10,779 nt of DNA from a virus (taxonomy: Duplodnaviria > Heunggongvirae > Uroviricota > Caudoviricetes): IMG/VR virus record IMGVR_UViG_2690316099_000007. One strand, given 5' to 3'. The translations under genes and the position numbers were made by a program. This document shows, one piece after another, positions 1 through 6,710 of this stretch (its first letter is position 1; every line of letters starts with the position of its first letter). The notes beneath the pieces were generated by a model, which saw nothing but the letters and a program-made list of their open reading frames with translations, was not told the origin of the DNA and searched no databases.

Positions 1-10
1 TGATCTAACT

Positions 11-40
11 AAAAAGGCCGCTCTGCGGCCTTTTTTCTTT
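11..40. terminator. Bidirectional rho-independent terminator
   Basis: Seen in sequence: GC hairpin GGCCGC(16-21)/GCGGCC(25-30) with a 3-nt loop, preceded by A5 (11-15) and followed by T6 (31-36), so it can act on either strand. Confidence 0.5.
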
Positions 41-130
41 CAATAACTGATTGATTTATAATATGTTATGCCGCTTCGTTCCACTCTGTGAGATAGGGTG
101 CCTTATCCGGCCTTACCCTGGCAACCGATT

Positions 131-152
131 GACGGGGGATTGCTCCCCCGTC
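131..152 (-). promoter_or_regulatory. Stable stem-loop just 3' of the hok-like CDS (candidate hok mRNA 3' structure)
   Basis: Seen in sequence: perfect inverted repeat GACGGGGGA-TTGC-TCCCCCGTC. No adjacent U-tract on the minus-strand transcript, so this looks like a 3' stabilising or fold-back element as in hok-family mRNAs rather than a terminator. That role is inference. Confidence 0.35.
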
Positions 153-161
153 GCGGTTTCC

Positions 162-302
162 TTACTGCTTACACTGTAAGAACGCCGCAAACTCCGCTCC
201 CCAGAAGCTCATCCGTATTTCACACAGCGAACCGTGCAACATCCAGATGATGAGGATTGCCGTCACGCAGAACGTGATGGTCGTAAGCGATTTTTGCGAC
301 AT
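162..302 (-). CDS. hok: Hok/Gef-family type I toxin (46 aa small membrane protein)
   Basis: Manual reverse-complement translation: MSQKSLTTITFCVTAILIIWMLHGSLCEIRMSFWGAEFAAFLQCKQ*. ATG at 302-300, TAA at 164-162, AAGGAG Shine-Dalgarno 5-6 nt upstream. Hydrophobic N-terminal helix followed by the Hok-family signature SLCE(I/L)R...E(F/L)AAFL.CK, recalled from HokA/Hok of plasmid R1. Absent from the ORF track because it is under 60 aa. Confidence 0.85.
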   Translation of the reverse strand: MSQKSLTTITFCVTAILIIWMLHGSLCEIRMSFWGAEFAAFLQCKQ

Positions 303-432
303 AGCACTTGCTCCTTTTCCGGAGAGGCGCTAACCTTTCACTTGTCAAGGTAATGCGGTTAGGGCCTCGGTTAAACAGAGATGTTTTCCGGGGCCTTTCC
401 ACATCTGGCCTTCGGGTATTCCCTCCGACCAT
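220..432 (-). CDS. mok: mok-like overlapping reading frame (70 codons) that would couple translation to hok
   Basis: ORF track lists a 70-aa minus-strand ORF that begins 130 nt upstream of the hok start and ends inside hok in another frame. This is the mok/hok overlap geometry known from plasmid R1, where mok is also 70 codons. The peptide itself has no recognisable features, so this is inference. Confidence 0.45.
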   Translation of the reverse strand: MVGGNTRRPDVERPRKTSLFNRGPNRITLTSERLAPLRKRSKCYVAKIAYDHHVLRDGNPHHLDVARFAV

Positions 433-472
433 CAGCCGAAAGGCACCCGCGCGTAATCTATCGCTTTTTTGT
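395..472 (+). ncRNA. sok: Putative Sok-like antisense RNA (boundaries approximate)
   Basis: Inference from established hok/sok architecture: the antisense RNA is encoded opposite the mok translation-initiation region (mok ATG at 432-430). A T6 run at 465-470 on the + strand could be its 3' end. No strong terminator hairpin or clear sigma70 promoter was found, hence low confidence. Confidence 0.2.
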
Positions 473-1880
473 TACTCCGGCAATTCTGCCTGTTAATTCT
501 GAGGTAAAGGCAAGCTCATCTGATTGTTTCCCCTGTGTGAAGCTGGCAGATCATGCCACGGGATATCTTCTGAAGAGTGAACGCCGGAGGCGTGTTNNNN
601 NNNNNNNNNNNNNNNNNNNNNNNNNNNNNNNNNNNNNNNNNNNNNNNNNNNNNNNNNNNNNNNNNNNNNNNNNNNNNNNNNNNNNNNNNNNNNNNNNNNN
701 NNNNNNNNNNNNNNNNNNNNNNNNNNNNNNNNNNNNNNNNNNNNNNNNNNNNNNNNNNNNNNNNNNNNNNNNNNNNNNNNNNNNNNNNNNNNNNNNNNNN
801 NNNNNNNNNNNNNNNNNNNNNNNNNNNNNNNNNNNNNNNNNNNNNNNNNNNNNNNNNNNNNNNNNNNNNNNNNNNNNNNNNNNNNNNNNNNNNNNNNNNN
901 NNNNNNNNNNNNNNNNNNNNNNNNNNNNNNNNNNNNNNNNNNNNNNNNNNNNNNNNNNNNNNNNNNNNNNNNNNNNNNNNNNNNNNNNNNNNNNNNNNNN
1001 NNNNNNNNNNNNNNNNNNNNNNNNNNNNNNNNNNNNNNNACTTATAGATTTACTATAGCATTGTATTATTTGNNNNNNNNNNNNNNNNNNNNNNNNNNNN
1101 NNNNNNNNNNNNNNNNNNNNNNNNNNNNNNNNNNNNNNNNNNNNNNNNNNNNNNNNNNNNNNNNNNNNNNNNNNNNNNNNNNNNNNNNNNNNNNNNNNNN
1201 NNNNNNNNNNNNNNNNNNNNNNNNNNNNNNNNNNNNNNNNNNNNNNNNNNNNNNNNNNNNNNNNNNNNNNNNNNNNNNNNNNNNNNNNNNNNNNNNNNNN
1301 NNNNNNNNNNNNNNNNNNNNNNNNNNNNNNNNNNNNNNNNNNNNNNNNNNNNNNNNNNNNNNNNNNNNNNNNNNNNNNNNNNNNNNNNNNNNNNNNNNNN
1401 NNNNNNNNNNNNNNNNNNNNNNNNNNNNNNNNNNNNNNNNNNNNNNNNNNNNNNNNNNNNNNNNNNNNNNNNNNNNNNNNNNNNNNNNNNNNNNNNNNNN
1501 NNNNNNNNNNNNNNNNNNNNNNNNNNNNNNNNNNNNNNNNNNTTGAAATTATACTGGATAGCGGTGTTTCCAAAGCTCCCCCAGCGTAAGGCATTCTNNN
1601 NNNNNNNNNNNNNNNNNNNNNNNNNNNNNNNNNNNNNNNNNNNNNNNNNNNNNNNNNNNNNNNNNNNNNNNNNNNNNNNNNNNNNNNNNNNNNNNNNNNN
1701 NNNNNNNNNNNNNNNNNNNNNNNNNNNNNNNNNNNNNNNNNNNNNNNNNNNNNNNNNNNNNNNNNNNNNNNNNNNNNNNNNNNNNNNNNNNNNNNNNNNN
1801 NNNNNNNNNNNNNNNNNNNNNNNNNNNNNNNNNNNNNNNNNNNNNNNNNNNNNNNNNNNNNNNNNNNNNNNNNNNNNNNN

Positions 1881-2695
1881 ATTTCTTCACACTGCTTTTT
1901 CCAAAGTGGATAATGTTTTTCTTTATAAAGAGAAATATCATCTGCTGATACAGGGAAATACTCCTGTTGACTAAATGACTTGATGATTTTTTCTAGTGAT
2001 TGTGGGGTAGTTTGTTCATTGTCAAAGTTTGTAACCAATGGGAATGCATCCGTTAGTTGACAAAGCAAATTATCAACTTCATATTCAGATAAAGCTGTAT
2101 AATAAGGAAGTACAATATTTAATTGCTCGTCATCGGCTACTTTAATGCTGAAATCGGGCATAGACTGAGTGAATTGCTTCAGNNNNNNNNNNNNNNNNNN
2201 NNNNNNNNNNNNNNNNNNNNNNNNNNNNNNNATTTGTTTATCCTTTTCATCTGGCTCAGCAGGAAGCAACCATGAAGAAGGCACTTTATAGCAGATTATA
2301 TTATGTTTTATTGCTGAAAAACGTGGACCGCTATCATTGGTAATGATTGCCACCTCCGAATCTGGATCGTCAGCGCAATANNNNNNNNNNNNNNNNNNNN
2401 NNNNNNNNNNNNNNNNNNNNNNNNNNNNNNNNNNNNNNNNNNNNNNNNNNNNNNNNNNNNNNNNNNNNNNNNNNNNNNNNNNNNNNNNNNNNNNNNNNNN
2501 NNNNNNNNNNNNNNNNNNNNNNNNNNNNNNNNNNNNNNNNNNNNNNNNNNNNNNNNNNNNNNNNNNNNNNNNNNNNNNNNNNNNNNNNNNNNNNNNNNNN
2601 NNNNNNNNNNNNNNNNNNNNNNNNNNNNNNNNNNNNNNNNNNNNNNNNNNNNNNNGCCTTGTAATAATGATACATACTTCATCACAAGCAGTAAT
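1881..2695 (-). CDS. AT-rich cargo gene, unknown function (visible in three fragments: 2695-2656, 2380-2232, 2182-1881)
   Basis: Seen in sequence: one minus-strand frame is open across all 100 codons of 1881-2182 and all 49 codons of 2232-2380 despite AT-rich composition, while every + frame has stops there. Visible peptides: ...YCADDPDSEVAIITNDSGPRFSAIKHNIICYKVPSSWLLPAEPDEKDKQ... and ...LKQFTQSMPDFSIKVADDEQLNIVLPYYTALSEYEVDNLLCQLTDAFPLVTNFDNEQTTPQSLEKIIKSFSQQEYFPVSADDISLYKEKHYPLWKKQCEE.... No family recognised. True start and stop are masked, and whether the fragments are one gene or more is unknown. Confidence 0.45.
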
Positions 2696-3040
2696 NNNNN
2701 NNNNNNNNNNNNNNNNNNNNNNNNNNNNNNNNNNNNNNNNNNNNNNNNNNNNNNNNNNNNNNNNNNNNNNNNNNNNNNNNNNNNNNNNNNNNNNNNNNNN
2801 NNNNNNNNNNNNNNNNNNNNNNNNNNNNNNNNNNNNNNNNNNNNNNNNNNNNNNNNNNNNNNNNNNNNNNNNNNNNNNNNNNNNNNNNNNNNNNNNNNNN
2901 NNNNNNNNNNNNNNNNNNNNNNNNNNNNNNNNNNNNNNNNNNNNNNNNNNNNNNNNNNNNNNNNNNNNNNNNNNNNNNNNNNNNNNNNNNNNNNNNNNNN
3001 NNNNNNNNNNNNNNNNNNNNNNNNNNNNNNNNNNNNNNNN

Positions 3041-4144
3041 TGTTTCTGCTATCCATTCCGGGATTTTTGCCTCAAGCTCAAGCTGCGTGGTAAAGCCGCT
3101 GTTATCAATGGTGTGCTCGGCTTTTGCAATAATCCAGTCCTGATTATCAATCTCGCTTTTAAATCCTGTTACCGTGCCATGCATTTCGGGGTAGAGTTCT
3201 GCACGTCCATGCGCCAGTGTGATGGAGAATGATGCGGCTCCGCGTTGTAGCTGCTGCCACTTTGCCGCCGCTGCACGTCTTGCTGCCTGCTCGTTCTGAT
3301 AAGTTTTGCGTAACACAAACACGTTGCCTTCCGCACCTTCCATATAGTCGCCTTCCCGGCTGCTGCTTTTCTCCTTTTTTGGTTTTGACGGTTTGCGGCG
3401 TTTCACGCTGACTTTTTTCTTTTTCCCGTAATTAAGATCAAGCCAGTAAGCGCGTACCCCCGTATACGCTTCGCGGTCAGCAATGCGGAACTGATGGCGA
3501 TCGCCGCTGCTGCGTGTGATGGCGAACGAGGGCAACGGCTGGCCCTGTGCGTTCACGCCACCACCGGGCATGATGAATAACAGATTACCGCTTTTTACCG
3601 TGGTGATTGCGCCCAGCATTTCCGCCATGCGCGTAAGGAAGGACATGTCGCTTTCTTCGGTCTGGTCGGCGTGGTCGATTTCGATATCCATCAGCATTTC
3701 GCTGATTTGCGGTTTCAGACCATACCGATGAGCGATGGCGGATACCACACGCTCAACGGTCACATCATGCCAGGACACCTCACGTTTAACGTTAAATTCA
3801 GCCCGAAAATCTGCGCTTCTGGCTGAAACAGTCAGCCTGTCCGGCGGTCCTTCGTGAGCGATTTCATCAACAATGTAAGTGCCTTTTTCTGTCAGCGGTT
3901 CTCCCTTCCAGCCAATGAGAACCGTCAGGCGCGCGCCCCGTGGCGGTAGCTGCAACTGACCATCCGCATCATCCAGCGTGATGGTGAGCTGGTCCGCCTC
4001 AAATCCCCGGTTGTCGGTCAGTGACAGGCTCATCAGGCGCTCTGCCACGCCTGACAGCGTTTTACCCTCCGCGAGAATATCAAAATCCGGCATTTTCACG
4101 GGGTCTGTGCCCTGACTGAGCAATTGCATGGTGGTGTCGGTCAT
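3041..4144 (-). CDS. D: P2 gpD-like tail protein (phage late control D family), 3' end masked
   Basis: Translation MTDTTMQLLSQGTDPVKMPDFDILAEGKTLSGVAERLMSLSLTDNRGFEADQLTITLDDADGQLQLPPRGARL... matches the gpD-family N-terminal signature as recalled. ATG at 4144-4142 with GGAGG Shine-Dalgarno 6 nt upstream. 368 codons are visible before the mask at 3040; P2 gpD is about 387 aa as recalled, so the stop probably lies just inside 2696-3040. The 1241-aa track ORF 551-4276 is an artefact of translating N runs. Confidence 0.85.
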
Positions 4145-4204
4145 CTGCTCCCTCCCTGTGTGGCATGGTCGCATGTGCGTGCGGAGGGGGTTACTGCTTT
4201 TTGT

Positions 4205-4222
4205 TGTCGCCGTGGCGGGAGA
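4205..4222 (+). promoter_or_regulatory. Candidate P2-type late (Ogr/Delta-dependent) promoter element upstream of FI
   Basis: Seen in sequence: TGT-N12-AGA with an internal palindrome CGCC-GT-GGCG (4208-4217), about 90 bp upstream of the FI start. The established P2 late-promoter consensus is TGT-N12-ACA centred near -55, so this is a one-mismatch match. Inference only. Confidence 0.2.
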
Positions 4223-4301
4223 ATGGCGCAGGGGTGAGATTACGCGCGTGGTGGGTGATGATTGTTGCCGAATCATTTAACGGATACAAGGGGTTGAAGC
4301 T

Positions 4302-5486
4302 ATGAGTGAAACTCGTTTTCATGGTGCCCGTGTTACGGAAAATACCGACCTGGTAACAGCGATTAACGATGTTGATTCCAGCGTTATCGGTATCGTGGCA
4401 ACGGCGGATGATGCGGACGCGGAGCTGTTCCCGCTGAACAAGCCCACACTGCTGCCCCGCGTCAATGACGTGCTGGGAAAATGCGGAACAACGGGGACGC
4501 TTTATCGTGCGCTTAAGGCCATCGCAGACCAGGTGAGCACAAAGGTGATCGTCGTTCGCGTGGCTGAACACAAAGAAGAAGACGGAAAAACGCAGGATCA
4601 ACTGGTTATCGGTGGTTCTGAATCTGACGGCAGCTATACGGGGATGTATGCGCTGCTTGTTGCAGAGCAGGATGAAAGCATCGGATACCGTCCGCGTATT
4701 CTGGCCGCGCCGGAGCTGGACACGGAGGCGGTGACAAAATCCCTGTGCGTGATTGCGGGTAAACTGCGCGCGTTTGTGTATGCCTCATGTCATGACTGTA
4801 ACACGATGGCTGAGGCAATTACCTACCGCCAGAAATTCAACGAACGTGAGGTGATGCTCTTATGGCCGGACTTCATCGCCTACAACCCGAAAAGTGGCAA
4901 AAACGAAACGTTCCCCGCGCCTGCCTATGCGTGCGGCCTTCGTGCGTACATTGACCATGAGCAGGGCTGGCACAAATCGCTGTCCAACGTTCCGGTTAAA
5001 AATGTGCTGGGGATGTCCAGGCATGTGTTCTGGTCGTTGCAGGCCGAAGACAGTGATGCCAACAGCCTCAACAACAAAGAAATCACGACCATTATTCGTC
5101 GCAACGGGTTCCGCTTCTGGGGCAACCGCACACCGGAAACGAACGCCTACATCTTTGAGGTGTATACCCGAACCGCACAGGTGCTGGCTGATTCAATTGC
5201 GGAAGCGCAGTTTGAAACCATCGACAGTCCACTGACGCCTGCGAACGTGAAGGATGTTATCGGTGCCATCAGGGCAAAACTGGATTCACTGGTTACTGCC
5301 GGGAAACTGATTGGGGCGTCGTGCTGGTATGACGTGGTGGATAACGGCACCACGAATTTACGTCAGGGGCGCGTGCGTATTCGCTACAAATATACGCCTG
5401 TTCCCCCGCTGGAAGACATGGAGCTTTACCAGTCGTTTACTGATGAATTCTTTGGTCCCGCATTTGCGGTGCTGGGAGGTGCCTGA
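4302..5486 (+). CDS. FI: Contractile tail sheath protein (P2 gpFI family)
   Basis: 394-aa ORF with AAGGGG Shine-Dalgarno 8 nt upstream. Conserved FI motifs as recalled from P2: FPLNKP, LRAF.YAS, IRRNGFRFWGNRT, YTRTAQV, YTPVPPLE. Stop TGA overlaps the FII start (ATGA). Confidence 0.95.
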   Translation: MSETRFHGARVTENTDLVTAINDVDSSVIGIVATADDADAELFPLNKPTLLPRVNDVLGKCGTTGTLYRALKAIADQVSTKVIVVRVAEHKEEDGKTQDQLVIGGSESDGSYTGMYALLVAEQDESIGYRPRILAAPELDTEAVTKSLCVIAGKLRAFVYASCHDCNTMAEAITYRQKFNEREVMLLWPDFIAYNPKSGKNETFPAPAYACGLRAYIDHEQGWHKSLSNVPVKNVLGMSRHVFWSLQAEDSDANSLNNKEITTIIRRNGFRFWGNRTPETNAYIFEVYTRTAQVLADSIAEAQFETIDSPLTPANVKDVIGAIRAKLDSLVTAGKLIGASCWYDVVDNGTTNLRQGRVRIRYKYTPVPPLEDMELYQSFTDEFFGPAFAVLGGA

Positions 5487-5998
5487 TGGCTGTACCAAAA
5501 CATCTTCGCTTTTTTACGCTGTTTGTGGATGGTGAAAACGAAGTGGGTAAGGTGACGTCCGTCACTCTGCCTAAGCTGACGCGCAAAACCGACAGCTACC
5601 GGGGTGGTGGCATGATGGGAGCGGTAAGTATTGATCTCGGCCTGGATGACTCCGCGCTTGATGCGAGCTTTGTCATGGGGGGCGCAGTTCGTGAGCTGTT
5701 CCTTAAGTATGGCGGCACGATTGACGGTACGCTGCTGCGTTTTGCGGGTGAATACTACACCGACGCTGAAAGCGACCTGTATGAAGTCGAAATGCGCGGA
5801 CGTGTGACGGAAATTGATATGGGGGAAGCCAAACAGGGCGAAGCCACATCACACACTTACGCCATTAAAAACACCTACTACAAGCTGAGTGTTAACGATC
5901 GCCCGTTGTGGGAGATTGACCTGCTGAACTTCATTTACCGGAAGGACGGCAGGGACATTGTGCCCGATCGCATCCGTTCCGCGCTCGGGCTTGGCTGA
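5486..5998 (+). CDS. FII: Tail tube protein (P2 gpFII family)
   Basis: 170-aa ORF translationally coupled to FI, with GGGAGG Shine-Dalgarno. Motifs VTLPKLTRK, GLDD, MRGR..EIDMGE.KQGE match the P2 FII tube protein as recalled. Confidence 0.95.
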   Translation: MAVPKHLRFFTLFVDGENEVGKVTSVTLPKLTRKTDSYRGGGMMGAVSIDLGLDDSALDASFVMGGAVRELFLKYGGTIDGTLLRFAGEYYTDAESDLYEVEMRGRVTEIDMGEAKQGEATSHTYAIKNTYYKLSVNDRPLWEIDLLNFIYRKDGRDIVPDRIRSALGLG

Positions 5999-6052
5999 TA
6001 AGTAATATGCAGGCGGCGCAGTGCGTCGCCTCTGACTGAAAGGAGTTTCCTG

Positions 6053-6410
6053 ATGAAAGAGACGAAAAACATCGATACCGAAAACACGGTCGTTGCTGAC
6101 ACTGTGAAAGAAACCAGTGAGCGTGGCGTAAAACTTACCCAACCAATTGAGCGAGGCGGCGAAAAAATCACGTATGTGGAGATCACCGGGGCTATTGAGC
6201 AGGCTGGNNNNNNNNNNNNNNNNNNNNNNNNNNNNNNNNNNNNNNNNNNNNNNTGTCGCTGTCTGATGTGCTGAATTTGAAAGCGGAATCCATGTTTACG
6301 CTGCTGTCACGCGTGACATCACCGCGACTGGATGAAGTGACGATCAAAAAAATGGCATCCCGTGACTTTATTCAGTTATGTGTGGTTGCCGTAAATTTTT
6401 TGAGCGGTGC
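6053..6410 (+). CDS. E: Tail assembly chaperone gpE (P2 E family); 3' end masked and frame discontinuous across the 6208-6253 mask
   Basis: ATG at 6053 with AAGGAG Shine-Dalgarno; N-terminus MKETKNIDTENTVVADTVKETSERGVKLTQPIERGGEKITYVEITGAIEQAG. After the 46-nt mask the E-like peptide continues in a different frame (...LSLSDVLNLKAESMFTLLSRVTSPRLDEVTIKKMASRDFIQLCVVAVNFLSG) up to the slippery site. Position between FII and T fits P2 gene order. Confidence 0.7.
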
Positions 6411-6710
6411 NNNNNNNNNNNNNNNNNNNNNNNNNNNNNNNNNNNNNNNNNNNNNNNNNNNNNNNNNNNNNNNNNNNNNNNNNNNNNNNNNNNNNNNNNN
6501 NNNNNNNNNNNNNNNNNNNNNNNNNNNNNNNNNNNNNNNNNNNNNNNNNNNNNNNNNNNNNNNNNNNNNNNNNNNNNNNNNNNNNNNNNNNNNNNNNNNN
6601 NNNNNNNNNNNNNNNNNNNNNNNNNNNNNNNNNNNNNNNNNNNNNNNNNNNNNNNNNNNNNNNNNNNNNTCTTGATATCCGGGTCGCTTTCAGCGCCGTT
6701 GACAGGCTGA
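6053..6710 (+). CDS. E+E' frameshift-extended tail chaperone (-1 slip at 6396-6402, E' frame ends 6710)
   Basis: The -1 frame relative to E is open from the slippery site through the mask to a stop at 6710 (track ORF 6378-6710, C-terminus ...LISGSLSAPLTG), overlapping the start of T as in P2. Most of E' is masked. Confidence 0.45.
6396..6402 (+). promoter_or_regulatory. Programmed -1 ribosomal frameshift slippery heptamer T_TTT_TTG (E to E')
   Basis: Seen in sequence: TTTTTTG lies in X_XXY_YYZ register in the E reading frame (AAT TTT TTG). The -1 frame from here (FFERC...) stays open to a stop at 6708-6710. The P2 E/E' frameshift in the FETUD operon uses the same heptamer (established knowledge). 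Confidence 0.6.

Noticed and set aside
308-1058. Plus-strand ORFs 308-496 and 381-1058
   Set aside because: They lie antisense to the hok/mok leader and run into masked bases. They are more likely non-coding (Sok or promoter region) than protein-coding.
1543-1597. Short unmasked islands (1040-1072, 1543-1597) as separate small genes
   Set aside because: Too short to assign a frame; several frames are open on both strands. The AT-rich 1040-1072 island (TATAGA...TATAGC) could equally be intergenic or promoter DNA.
2232-2380. Possible reverse-transcriptase YxDD motif in the cargo peptide YCADD
   Set aside because: Spacing is Y-x-x-D-D, not Y-x-D-D, and no other RT motifs are visible. Not enough to call a retron or defence-associated RT.
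551-4276. 1241-aa minus-strand ORF in the track
   Set aside because: Artefact of translating N runs as X. Only the gpD portion (3041-4144) and the AT-rich fragments are real coding sequence. The low-coordinate tail (551-596) has ordinary composition and is probably hok-leader or promoter DNA.
4191-4601. 136-aa minus-strand ORF overlapping the FI start
   Set aside because: Antisense shadow ORF inside a well-supported sheath gene; no Shine-Dalgarno and no recognisable product. The same applies to the other antisense ORFs inside FI, FII, T and U (for example 4606-4818, 4925-5131, 7447-7845, 7879-8175, 8629-8871, 8896-9285, 9302-9553, 9681-9905).
6011-6031. Stem-loop AGGCGGCGCA-GTG-CGTCGCCT between FII and E
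   Set aside because: A 9-bp stem with one wobble pair but no following U-tract, so it is not a convincing intrinsic terminator. It might be an mRNA processing or stability element, but evidence is insufficient.
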